The notes under the pieces: model-generated | The model's input: the letters and a program-made list of their open reading frames with translations, nothing else | Told to the model about the DNA's origin: nothing | Database searches by the model: none | Shown here: positions 35,224-44,459 of the stretch, in pieces | How the letters are laid out: every line of letters starts with the position of its first letter | Numbering within the stretch: position 1 is the stretch's first letter | Translations under genes and position numbers: made by a program | Source: Nitriliruptoraceae bacterium | Lineage (GTDB): Bacteria; Actinomycetota; Nitriliruptoria; Nitriliruptorales; Nitriliruptoraceae | Assembly: GCA_047610595.1 (NCBI GenBank) | Contig: JBLFZR010000001.1 | Coordinates: 25,746-89,745, forward strand | Length of the DNA stretch: 64,000 bases | Direction: 5' to 3'

Positions 35224-36894
35224 TCAGACGACCACACGACCGATCTCTTCGATGGTGGTGATCCCGGTTAAGACCTTGGCAAGGCCGTCGTCGCGCATCG
35301 TCAACATGCCCTGCTCGATCGACATGCGCTTGATGTCGTCCGACGAGGCACGAGCGACACACATGCGTTCGATCTCTTCGGTGACCGTCATGATCTCGTG
35401 GACCGCCAGCCGTCCCCTGTAACCAGTCTTGCCGCACGACGAGCATCCGGTGAGCTTGGGCACCGCCGGGCGCGACTCGGCAAGCTCCTCGCTGTAGCCC
35501 GCCAAGATGTACGCGTCCGGCTCGAGCGTCTGCATCATGGTGCATTTCTTGCAGACGCGGCGGCACAACCGCTGCGCGAGGACGCAGTCGGTTGCGGACG
35601 CCACGAGGAACGGCTCCACACCCATCTCGATCAGCCGGATGATCGCGCTCGCAGCATCGTTGGTGTGCAACGTGGACAGCACGAGGTGACCGGTCAGCGC
35701 AGCCTCAACGCCGATGGTCGCGGTCTCTTTGTCGCGCATCTCGCCCACGAGCACCACGTCTGGGTCCTGGCGCAGGATCGATCGCAGCGCCGTCGCGAAG
35801 GTCAGACCGACCTTGTTGTTGATCTGCACCTGGTTGATACCCGGAAGGCGGTACTCAACGGGGTCCTCGGTGGTGACGATGTTGATATCTGCGTTGTTTT
35901 TCACGTTCAGGGTGGCATACAGCGTCGTGGACTTACCGGAACCGGTTGGCCCCGTCACCAGAATCAGCCCGTACGGCTTGCGGTAGGACTCTTCGTACCG
36001 ACGCTCGTTGTCCGGTTCAAAGCCAAGGTCTCGCAGCTCGAGCATCACGGACGTTCGGTCCAGGATGCGCATCACCACCTTCTCGCCGTACACCGTGGGA
36101 AGCGTCGAGAATCGGAGGTCGATGGCCTTGCCTGCGATGTTGAGCGCGATACGACCGTCCTGCGGGATCCGCTTCTCGGCGATGTCCACCTCGGCCATGA
36201 TCTTCAGCCGAGAGATGACACCAGACTGAATCGACTTCGGGCTGCGCATGACCTCATGCAGCACACCGTCTACCCGGTAACGGACGCGGAGGTCCCGCTC
36301 CCCCGGCTCGATATGAATGTCGGACGCCCCATCGTTCACAGCCTGCGAGATGAGCAGGTTGACGAACTTCACGATCGGCGGCTCCTCGCTGACGACGGTG
36401 AGGCCCGATAGGTCCGCGAGGTCCTCCTCGAGCGTGCCGAAATCGTCAGCGATCGACTCGATCTCGTCGCCCATCTTGCTAAGTCGACGGATCGCGTCCC
36501 GTACGTCATCGCGGGTCGCGACGACTGGGACGAGGTCGCGCTTCGTGATCGACCGGATGTCATCGAGCGCGAAGACGTTGGCAGGGTCACTCATCGCGAC
36601 GATAAGTGCGCCGTTCGCGTCCAAACGCAACGGAAGGGCGTTGTATCGCTTGGCCAGCGTTTCAGAGATCATCGAGGCCGCGATCGGATCGATCTCAGCC
36701 TCCGACAGATCGACAAAATCCAGCCCTATCTGTGACGCCAGCGCACACACCAAGTCGCGCTCACCGAGGTAGCCACGGTCCACGAGCACGCGTCCGAGGG
36801 AACGTCCCTTCTCACGATGAGCCTCATCCGCTTCCTCGACCTGTTCCACGGTGACCAGGCCCTGCTCCACGAGCATGGCTCCAAGCCCATTCAT
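35224..36894 (-). CDS. pilB: type IV pilus assembly (extension) ATPase PilB (GspE family)
   Basis: N-terminal T2SSE_N. Walker A GPTGSGKST. Tetracysteine motif CRRVCKKC...CSSCGKTGYRGR. 556 aa. Confidence 0.93.
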   Translation of the reverse strand: MNGLGAMLVEQGLVTVEQVEEADEAHREKGRSLGRVLVDRGYLGERDLVCALASQIGLDFVDLSEAEIDPIAASMISETLAKRYNALPLRLDANGALIVAMSDPANVFALDDIRSITKRDLVPVVATRDDVRDAIRRLSKMGDEIESIADDFGTLEEDLADLSGLTVVSEEPPIVKFVNLLISQAVNDGASDIHIEPGERDLRVRYRVDGVLHEVMRSPKSIQSGVISRLKIMAEVDIAEKRIPQDGRIALNIAGKAIDLRFSTLPTVYGEKVVMRILDRTSVMLELRDLGFEPDNERRYEESYRKPYGLILVTGPTGSGKSTTLYATLNVKNNADINIVTTEDPVEYRLPGINQVQINNKVGLTFATALRSILRQDPDVVLVGEMRDKETATIGVEAALTGHLVLSTLHTNDAASAIIRLIEMGVEPFLVASATDCVLAQRLCRRVCKKCTMMQTLEPDAYILAGYSEELAESRPAVPKLTGCSSCGKTGYRGRLAVHEIMTVTEEIERMCVARASSDDIKRMSIEQGMLTMRDDGLAKVLTGITTIEEIGRVVV

Positions 36895-37038
36895 AGGACG
36901 ACCTTCAAACCCTGACGCAGCACGTGTCCTCCTGCGGTTACAACCCGACGCATGTCAGGCACTCACGCTTCGTGATCAGCTTCGCACACCTCGCCTCTGT
37001 GTCAAGCGTCGGCGCACGCTGCCGAATCTTGAGCAAGT

Positions 37039-37914
37039 TCACTGCGTGAACGCCACCGATGTTGCGCCACCGAGCGCTGCCTCGTAGCTGCCGACCGGCG
37101 CCACGCCGCCGGTCCAGACCTCAAACGCATCCGCCGCTTGAGCCACGAGCATCGCCGTGCCGTCGTGCGCCTCGACGCCGCGATCAAGAGCTGAAGCTAC
37201 GAAAGGCGTCACGCGGTGCCCGTACACAAGATCGTGGGCGATCTGACCGTCATGCAGCTCCATAAACGCCGCTGGCAACGACTCACCCGCCATCCCGAGC
37301 GTCGTCGCGTTCAGGACGACACGCGCGTCGCGCACCAGCGCACCGATCCCGCTCGCAGACAGGTCAAGCGCCCGTGAGGACGGCGCACCGGCTGTCGTCG
37401 CCAGCGCGGACAGCAGCTGTGCGGCATCCAGATCACGGCCGATGACAGCGACTGCAGCCCCGGCCCGACCCAAGGCGACGACGGCGGCGCGGGCGGCCCC
37501 ACCTGTCCCGAGCACAACACACACATTGCCCGCGATGCCCGGCACGGTTGAGCCCAACACGCGCCCGAGGCCGGTGGTGTCGGTGGTGGTGCCATGCAGC
37601 GAACCGTCGCGCCACCACAGCGTGTTCACAGCGCCGACCAAGCGGGCCTCGGCCGTCAGCTCGGCGCACAACGCATACGCGGCCCGCTTGTGTGGGACCG
37701 TCACGTTGGCGCCGAGGGCTCCGACGGCTCCCAACCCGGCGATGGCGGACGCAAGATCTGCGGGTGCAACACGCAGTGCGACGTAGACAACATCGAGACT
37801 GAGCTCGCGAAACACCGTGTTGTGAAGCTGCGGCGAGAGCGAGTGTGCCACCGGGTCGCCGAGCAACGCCGCGAGCCTGGTGCTGCCGCCGGGCCACGTC
37901 ACAGGCTGACTCAC
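37039..37914 (-). CDS. aroE: shikimate dehydrogenase
   Basis: LLGDPVAHSLSPQLHN and NADP-binding VLGTGGAARA. GTG 37914 overlaps the mltG stop (GTGA). Confidence 0.85.
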   Translation of the reverse strand: MSQPVTWPGGSTRLAALLGDPVAHSLSPQLHNTVFRELSLDVVYVALRVAPADLASAIAGLGAVGALGANVTVPHKRAAYALCAELTAEARLVGAVNTLWWRDGSLHGTTTDTTGLGRVLGSTVPGIAGNVCVVLGTGGAARAAVVALGRAGAAVAVIGRDLDAAQLLSALATTAGAPSSRALDLSASGIGALVRDARVVLNATTLGMAGESLPAAFMELHDGQIAHDLVYGHRVTPFVASALDRGVEAHDGTAMLVAQAADAFEVWTGGVAPVGSYEAALGGATSVAFTQ

Positions 37915-39056
37915 AGGCAGTTCGACGCGGAACGGAAGGCCGCCACGTTTCGGTTGTGTTCGCTGAGAGACTTGGCGAACACGTGCGCGCCATCGCAAGC
38001 CGGGGTCAGCACGTAGTACGTGAACGTTGTAGAAGCCGGGTTCAACGCCGCTCGCAACGACGCAGCCCCGAAGCCGCTGATCGGCGTCGGCGGCAAGCCG
38101 GTCACGGCGTACGTGTTGTACGGCGAGTCCACCGTGGTGTCCTCGTACAACACCCGTTCCTTCCACTGCCCCAGCGCGTACAGCACCGTCGCGTCAAGCT
38201 GGAGCGGCATACCTACGTCCAACCGGTTGTAGATCACTGACGCGACGATCTCGCGCTCCGCATCAACTCTGGTCTCACGTTCGACGAGCGACGCGATCAC
38301 CATCGCGTCAAACACTGTCAGCCCACGGTCATCCAGCGCTGCCAGCTCGTCCTCGCTGATCAGCTCCAGCTGGGCGGCGAGCTGATCCACCATCCGCTGC
38401 AGCACCACCTTGGCGTTCGCATCCACCCCCACGTTGTACGTCTCGGGGAACAGAAGTCCCTCAAACGGGTAGCGCACCTGCGGCCCGAAGCTCGACGGGT
38501 CCGGAAGCCCATCCGGCAGCAGCAGCGCATCGTCTCCGACGCCACCGGCGTCGAGGTGCGCCGCCAGCACGGCCTCAAGATCACCCTGTGCTACCTCGTC
38601 GAACTGCGCCGCAAGCCGCTCCAGCGTGAGCACCTGACTTAAACCTTCCTCCACCCGGAAGGTCAGCTCGGTCGCGCGGGCTGGCCCCGCGCGGAACACG
38701 GCCTCGACATCCTCGGCCGCCATGTTGGTAGTCAGCTCGTACGTCCCAGCTTCGAGCGTCACAAACAACTCCCGCGAGTACAGATCGAACGACTGCGCCC
38801 GTTTGACGACGCCAGCAGCCTCGAGCCCCTCAGCCAGGCCGCTCCGGCTGACCCCGAGTTCCACCTCGAAGGTGACGGCGACAGTCGGACCGTCAGCCTC
38901 CGAGTCGAGCTGGGCACCGGCCCAGCGCAGCGCAGCGAAGCCTCCCGCGACGAGCAGCAGCAGGACGACGAGGAAGGCTTTGGACCCTCGGGACAGCTCC
39001 ACGGTGTTGATCTCCTCGTAGGAGTGCAGCGTGCCAGCCGCGGACGCGGGCCGCAC
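37911..39056 (-). CDS. mltG: endolytic murein transglycosylase MltG (YceG-like)
   Basis: PYNTYAVTGLPPTPISGFG motif with an N-terminal TM segment. Start is uncertain (GTG 39056 or GTG 39002). Confidence 0.85.
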   Translation of the reverse strand: MRPASAAGTLHSYEEINTVELSRGSKAFLVVLLLLVAGGFAALRWAGAQLDSEADGPTVAVTFEVELGVSRSGLAEGLEAAGVVKRAQSFDLYSRELFVTLEAGTYELTTNMAAEDVEAVFRAGPARATELTFRVEEGLSQVLTLERLAAQFDEVAQGDLEAVLAAHLDAGGVGDDALLLPDGLPDPSSFGPQVRYPFEGLLFPETYNVGVDANAKVVLQRMVDQLAAQLELISEDELAALDDRGLTVFDAMVIASLVERETRVDAEREIVASVIYNRLDVGMPLQLDATVLYALGQWKERVLYEDTTVDSPYNTYAVTGLPPTPISGFGAASLRAALNPASTTFTYYVLTPACDGAHVFAKSLSEHNRNVAAFRSASNCL

Positions 39057-39101
39057 GTGTTAGTCGTGTGGTTTATCGGTCGTTCTGGGTGTCGCGACGG
39101 T

Positions 39102-39584
39102 TTAACCGTCAGCCGCCGCCGCTCTCTTGACCACGTGGGCATCCAGCACCCCGCGCAAGATGATCCCGGCCGCGACGGTGTCTATCTTCAGCTTTCTCTC
39201 CGCGCGTGACGCGTCGGCGCTGATCATCAGCCGCTCCGCCTCCACCGTTGTCAGCCGCTCATCCCACAGCGCGACCGGCAACCCCGTCGCGTCACGAACC
39301 GCGTCCGACAGCCGACGTGCCCGGGTCCCGGGTCCCGTCTCTCGGCCGGTCATGTCTCGCGGCCAGCCGACGACGATGCCGACCACAGCCTGCGCGTGCG
39401 CCACGACCGCAACATCGTCGGCGATGCCCGTCAGGTCGCGCGGATGGCTGACAGGCAGCACCGAGTGCGGCTGCGCGACCACCTGCATTGGGTCGGTAAG
39501 AGCGATCCCAACCCGCACGTCACCGGGGTCGACGGCGAGCAGTCGGCCTGTCAGCGGCAGGGCGTCCCCGGGGCCGAACGTCAC
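39102..39584 (-). CDS. ruvX: Holliday junction resolvase-like RuvX (YqgF)
   Basis: LLAVDPGDVRVGIALTDP. GTGA overlap with the alaS stop. Confidence 0.85.
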   Translation of the reverse strand: MTFGPGDALPLTGRLLAVDPGDVRVGIALTDPMQVVAQPHSVLPVSHPRDLTGIADDVAVVAHAQAVVGIVVGWPRDMTGRETGPGTRARRLSDAVRDATGLPVALWDERLTTVEAERLMISADASRAERKLKIDTVAAGIILRGVLDAHVVKRAAAADG

Positions 39585-42199
39585 GTCGGGACTGCCTCGC
39601 GCGCCAGCTTGGCCGCGAGCGCGAGGGCCTCAGGCAGCTTCTCGCCCCGCTTGCCGCCCGCCTGAATCAGATCACCCTTGCCGCCGGCACCACCACCGAC
39701 AAGCTGCGCAGCCGGGTGCAAGATCGGGCGTGCTTCGACGCCCGCATCCACAAGGTCTTGCGTCAGCGCGCACACCAGCTGCGCCTTCCCGTCATCAGTC
39801 GCGGCACCGAGCACGACGACGGCGCGCTGCCCCAGATGTCCGCGCACCTCAAGCGCGACCTGTCGCAGCTCGTTGGGGTTGACGACATCCACGATCACCG
39901 CAACGACTGCGAGCCCGTCGAGGCGCTCCGCCTCGTCGGCCAACGTCTTCGCGGTGCCTGACAGCGCCTGACCTCGCAGCTTCTCGAGGTCCTTCTCGAC
40001 GAGTTTCAACCGGTCCATCAACGAGCTGACACGCTCGATCGCAACGTCGGTCGACGATCCGAGCAGGCGGGCTACCTCCTCGGCCACCAGCATCTCGCGG
40101 CGGGCGTAGCGGTACGCATCAACGCCGGTAAGGGCCTCGATTCGCCGCGTGTTGCTGCCGATGGACTCCTCGCGCACAAGGTAGATGTTGCCGATCGTGG
40201 CGCCGGTCGGGACGTGCGTGCCGCCACACAGCTCCTTGGAGAAGTCCCCGATCGTGACGACGCGAACCTCCTGTCCGTACTTGTCGCCGAAGTTCGCGAC
40301 GGCACCGGCGGCCTTCGCCTCGTCGATGCCCATCAGCTCGGTTGTGACGTGCGGGTTGTGCAGCACCCGGTCGTTGATCGTGCGCTCGATCTCGGCGACC
40401 TGTTCTGGTGTCACCTGCGCAAAGTGCGGGAAGTCAAAGCGCAGACGCCCCGGCTCGTTCAGTGAGCCGGCCTGCTGCGCGTGGCTACCGAGCACCTCTT
40501 TCATCGTCGCGTGCAGGATGTGTGTCGCCGAGTGACTGCGACCGACAGCCGTGCGTCGCACCTCATCGACCGATGCGTTCGCGAGCTGTCCCGTGGTCAC
40601 CTCGCCTGCCTCGACGACCACGCGGTGACTCTGCACCCCCTCGAGGGCGTTCTGCGTGTCAATCACGCGGAGCCGACCGGTTGGTGTCTCGATGACGCCG
40701 TGGTCGCCGACCTGCCCACCGCCCTCGGCGTAGAACGGGCTGCGGGCCATGATCAGCTCGAACGCATCCCCCTCGGAGGCGCTCGTGATCAGCCCGCCGG
40801 GCGTCACCAACGCCCCAAGCTCGGCCTCGCCGGTCAACGACCGATAACCGAGGAACTCGGTCGGCCCCACCTGTGCAGCGGCTTCGCGATACACATCAGC
40901 GTCGATGCCATCGCCGCCGCGCTTGGAGGCGGCGCGTGCCCGTGCACGCTGCTGTTCCATCAGCTCGTTAAAACGGTCGCGGTCAAGCGTCAGGCCGGCG
41001 TCCTGTGCGATCTCGGCGGTCAGGTCAACCGGGAACCCGAAGGTGTCATGCAGCTCGAAGGCCACGTCGCCAGCGAAGGTTCCCTGTGACCGGGCGATCA
41101 CAGCCTCGGCTCGGGCCAGACCTTGGTCTACGACGCGGGCGAAGTCTGACTCCTCCGCGCTGGCGACCCGAGTCACCAGCACGCGCTGCGCAACGAGCTC
41201 CGGATAGGCGCCGCCCATGACGTCGATGACTGCGTCGATCAGGGCCGGGACGACGGCCTGCGTGGTTCCAAGCAGGCGCGCATGTCGCACCAAGCGCCGC
41301 AGCAGCGAGCGCAGCACGTAGCCGCGTCCTTCTTTGGACGGCAAGACGCCGTCCGCGATCAGGAACGCGGTCGAGCGCGCGTGCTCGGCCATGACCTTCA
41401 GGCTTACGTCGGTCGCCGGGGACGCACCGATCGCAACCCCCGTCAGCGCGCTGGCCTTCGCCAGCAGCGGGACGAACAGGTCGGTCTCGTACAGAGTCGC
41501 AACATCCTGCATGATCGTGGCGAGTCGCTCGAGCCCGAGGCCCGTGTCGACGTTCTTGGCCGGGAGGTTGCCAACGATCTTGCCGTTGTCGTCGCACACG
41601 AACTCGGTGAACACGCAGTTGTAGTACTCGACGAAGCGCTCGTCATCGGCGGCCGGTCCCCCGTCCACGCCGTACTCCGGCCCCTTGTCGTAGAAGAACT
41701 CGGCACAGTGACCGGCAGGACCTGCCTGGCCTGTCCACCAGAAGTTGTCCTTGTCGAAGCGCTGGATGCGCTCGATCGGGATGCCTGTCTCTGCGAGAAT
41801 AAGCGCAACAGCGTCATCATCGTCAAGGTGCGCCGTGGCCCAGATGCGCTCTGGGTCAAGCCCGTACTTGTCGGTCGAAAGCTCCCAGGCCCAGCGAATC
41901 GCCTCGCGCTTGAAGTAGTCACCGAAGCTGAAGTTGCCCAACATCTCAAAGAACGACAGGTGGCGCGCAGTCCGACCCACGTTCTCGATGTCGTTGGTGC
42001 GCACGCACTTCTGCGCGCTGACCAGCCGCAGCGCGGGCGGGGCCGCGTCACCGTTGAAGTACGGAACGAACGGGAGCATGCCCGCGATGTTCAGCAGCAC
42101 CGTCGGGTCCTGCGGGATCAGCGAGGCGCTGGCCATACGCGTGTGACCCTTGTCCTCGAAGAAGGATAGGAACGTCTCGCGAATGGTGTTGGTGTCCAC
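39581..42199 (-). CDS. alaS: alanine--tRNA ligase
   Basis: FFEDKGHT, NFSFGDYFK, editing-site HSATHILH, C-terminal GGGAGGKGDLIQAGG. GTG 42199 has GAGG 6 nt upstream; ATG 42217 is an alternative. Confidence 0.95.
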   Translation of the reverse strand: MDTNTIRETFLSFFEDKGHTRMASASLIPQDPTVLLNIAGMLPFVPYFNGDAAPPALRLVSAQKCVRTNDIENVGRTARHLSFFEMLGNFSFGDYFKREAIRWAWELSTDKYGLDPERIWATAHLDDDDAVALILAETGIPIERIQRFDKDNFWWTGQAGPAGHCAEFFYDKGPEYGVDGGPAADDERFVEYYNCVFTEFVCDDNGKIVGNLPAKNVDTGLGLERLATIMQDVATLYETDLFVPLLAKASALTGVAIGASPATDVSLKVMAEHARSTAFLIADGVLPSKEGRGYVLRSLLRRLVRHARLLGTTQAVVPALIDAVIDVMGGAYPELVAQRVLVTRVASAEESDFARVVDQGLARAEAVIARSQGTFAGDVAFELHDTFGFPVDLTAEIAQDAGLTLDRDRFNELMEQQRARARAASKRGGDGIDADVYREAAAQVGPTEFLGYRSLTGEAELGALVTPGGLITSASEGDAFELIMARSPFYAEGGGQVGDHGVIETPTGRLRVIDTQNALEGVQSHRVVVEAGEVTTGQLANASVDEVRRTAVGRSHSATHILHATMKEVLGSHAQQAGSLNEPGRLRFDFPHFAQVTPEQVAEIERTINDRVLHNPHVTTELMGIDEAKAAGAVANFGDKYGQEVRVVTIGDFSKELCGGTHVPTGATIGNIYLVREESIGSNTRRIEALTGVDAYRYARREMLVAEEVARLLGSSTDVAIERVSSLMDRLKLVEKDLEKLRGQALSGTAKTLADEAERLDGLAVVAVIVDVVNPNELRQVALEVRGHLGQRAVVVLGAATDDGKAQLVCALTQDLVDAGVEARPILHPAAQLVGGGAGGKGDLIQAGGKRGEKLPEALALAAKLAREAVPT

Positions 42200-42200
42200 G

Positions 42201-42509
42201 TCAGGCCTCGTTGGCATCTGTGTTGGTGGTGGTGTCGCGCGCGTCCCGCTCGATCTGCGCGATCTCGAGCAGTGACGGGACGCCGTACCGCTGCCGTAGC
42301 TCTGTCTCACGCAGCTGCGCGTGGTCGCGCCCGGCTTCCAGCGCGGTGCGGAGCCGCGACGAGGTCGAGCCGACCTTGCGCCCGGTGCGCTCGGCCACGG
42401 CGCCCGGTTTAACGGCCTCGGTGATGCGGTCCAGCTTGCGCAACGCGCGCATGCCGAGCACCAGACCGAACCCCAGCCCGAGCAGGGCCCAGAACATGCG
42501 CCGGATCAT
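42201..42509 (-). CDS. hypothetical membrane-anchored protein
   Basis: MIRRMFWALLGLGFGLVLGM anchor. ATGA overlap with the upstream DUF948-like gene. Confidence 0.55.
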   Translation of the reverse strand: MIRRMFWALLGLGFGLVLGMRALRKLDRITEAVKPGAVAERTGRKVGSTSSRLRTALEAGRDHAQLRETELRQRYGVPSLLEIAQIERDARDTTTNTDANEA

Positions 42510-42862
42510 GCGCCGGCCCGGTAGGCCTTGACCGCGCGCCCGGTGCCGACCGCGTACGCCGCAACCTTAATAAGCGGGCTGCTGACGGTCGCGTGCACGA
42601 CACCAACCAGCTGGTCGGTGGTGTGCGTGATGCTCTGCACCCCAGCGATGATCGTGTCGACCCGTGCGAGTTCGACGTTCACACCCGCGACGGTCTCGTT
42701 GGCGCTCGCAAGCAGATCGACGGTCTGATCTGCCGCGCCATGCACCAGCTTGGTCGCCTCGTCAAGCAGCGCCAGCACCTTAAAAAGGGCGAGGCAGAGC
42801 GCGATCACTAAGACACCCCAGAACGCGGCAGCGACAATCACCGCGATGTCGGTGGCGTTCAC
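42506..42862 (-). CDS. DUF948-like membrane protein
   Basis: N-terminal TM IAVIVAAAFWGVLVIALCLALF followed by a helical region. GTG 42862 has GGGAG 5 nt upstream. Its position before alaS is typical for this family as I recall. Confidence 0.6.
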   Translation of the reverse strand: MNATDIAVIVAAAFWGVLVIALCLALFKVLALLDEATKLVHGAADQTVDLLASANETVAGVNVELARVDTIIAGVQSITHTTDQLVGVVHATVSSPLIKVAAYAVGTGRAVKAYRAGA

Positions 42863-43023
42863 GTCAGCTCCCGGGTCAGGTGTGCGCTGCAGCGATCTCT
42901 GCGCAGCGGTCGAACGGTCGCCAACAGTAGTCCCCGCAACCGTCGTCGCTGGCCTCGCGTGCACGCTTGACCAACGTGATGGTCGCAACGCCCCACCAGC
43001 GCGAAGCTCAGACCGGTTGTCGG

Positions 43024-44370
43024 TTAGCTCGGGGGTGCCGCGTAGCGAGTCGGCCACCACGCGTGCAGCCGCGCAGCGAGCCCCGCCTCATGACCGTACG
43101 GCGTGGGGTCATACAGACGCAGGCGACGCAGCTCATCGGGCAGGTGCTGCTGTCCTGTGAAGGCACCCGGAGCGTCGTGCGGATAGGTGTAACCCACGCC
43201 GCTGCCGATCTTCGCGGCGCTCTTGTGGTGCGCGTCTCGCAGATGCGCAGGGATGGGAGCATCGCCGTGGCGCCGCACCGCGTCCTTCGCACGCCCGATC
43301 GCGGTCGTGATGCTGTTGGACTTCGGGGCGGTCGCCAACGCCAACGCGCAGTGCGCGAGCGCGAACTCTGCCTCTGGCAGCCCGACCTTGTCCAGCGCAT
43401 CGAAGGCGGCTGTTGCGGTCGGCAGCGCCATCCGATCTGCCATTCCTACATCCTCGGAGGCGAATATCACCATGCGTCGGGCGATGAACCGTGGGTCCTC
43501 GCCGCCCTCCAGCATCCGAAACAGCCAGTACAGCGTCGCGTCAGGGTCGCTGCCTCGCATGGACTTGATAAACGCGCTGACGATGTCGTAGTGCTGATCT
43601 CCAGCCTTGTCGTAGCGGAATCGACGCTGGGCGACGTTCACCGCGTCGATAGCAAGCGGCGTGCCGTCACGATGCGCGGCCGCTGCCACCTCCAAGGTGG
43701 TCAGCAGCATGCGAGCATCACCCGATGCGAGGTGCACCAGGTGCGCTTTGGCCTCGTCGGTCAACGTGACCGCACCCGCAAGGCCGTGCGGCGCGACCAG
43801 CGCCCGATCGAGCAGCGCCAGCAGGTCGTCGTCGGTGAGCGACTCGAGTCGCACCAGCCGGCAGCGCGACAGCAGCGCGTCGTTGAGCTCGAAGAACGGG
43901 TTCTCGGTGGTGGCGCCGACCAGCAGCACCCATCCGGACTCGACGCCTGGCAGCAGCGCGTCCTGCTGGGACTTGCTGAACCGGTGAATCTCGTCGAGGA
44001 ACAACAGCGTGCGCCGCCCGGTCATCTCGAGCCGCGTCCGACCCTCGTCGATCACCCGCCGCACATCTTTCACGCCCGCGCTCACCGCGGACATATCCAC
44101 GCGCTGCGCCTTGACGCAGCTGGCGATCACGTGCGCGATCGACGTCTTACCGGTCCCCGGCGGGCCCCACAACAGCAGGCTGGTAGGCAGCACTCCCTCG
44201 TCAAGCGCAAGCCGCAGCGGCGTGCCCGGTCCCAAGATCTGGGCTTGGCCCACCAGCTCGGCCGGCGTCTCTGGCCGCATCCGGGCGGCCAGCGGCGCGG
44301 CGGACGACACGCCCGTGCGGACAGGCGTGGGCTCGTCGCCAAGGTCATCAAGGGGCAGCGTGTTGGTCAT
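43024..44370 (-). CDS. rarA: replication-associated recombination protein A (AAA+ ATPase)
   Basis: LLWGPPGTGKTS, FLDEIHRFSKSQQDALLP, and C-terminal MgsA region YDIVSAFIKSMRGSDPDA. Confidence 0.92.
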   Translation of the reverse strand: MTNTLPLDDLGDEPTPVRTGVSSAAPLAARMRPETPAELVGQAQILGPGTPLRLALDEGVLPTSLLLWGPPGTGKTSIAHVIASCVKAQRVDMSAVSAGVKDVRRVIDEGRTRLEMTGRRTLLFLDEIHRFSKSQQDALLPGVESGWVLLVGATTENPFFELNDALLSRCRLVRLESLTDDDLLALLDRALVAPHGLAGAVTLTDEAKAHLVHLASGDARMLLTTLEVAAAAHRDGTPLAIDAVNVAQRRFRYDKAGDQHYDIVSAFIKSMRGSDPDATLYWLFRMLEGGEDPRFIARRMVIFASEDVGMADRMALPTATAAFDALDKVGLPEAEFALAHCALALATAPKSNSITTAIGRAKDAVRRHGDAPIPAHLRDAHHKSAAKIGSGVGYTYPHDAPGAFTGQQHLPDELRRLRLYDPTPYGHEAGLAARLHAWWPTRYAAPPS

Positions 44371-44459
44371 GCGGCTGACGCTACAACCCGTCGCGACCGT
44401 CCCGGCGTACTGTGCTCGCGTTCCGTCCAGCGAGCTAGGCCGACGATCAGGGGCTGACC

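Noticed and set aside
33912-35261. 449-aa plus-strand ORF
   Set aside because: It is antisense to pilT, and the translation is Arg/His/Leu-rich without motifs.
37915-38166. N-terminal extension of the aroE ORF
   Set aside because: It overlaps mltG coding sequence. The GTG at 37914 gives a normal-length AroE and a GTGA overlap with the mltG stop.
42967-44457. 496-aa plus-strand ORF
   Set aside because: It is antisense to rarA, which has clear AAA+ motifs, and its own translation is Arg-rich with no motifs.
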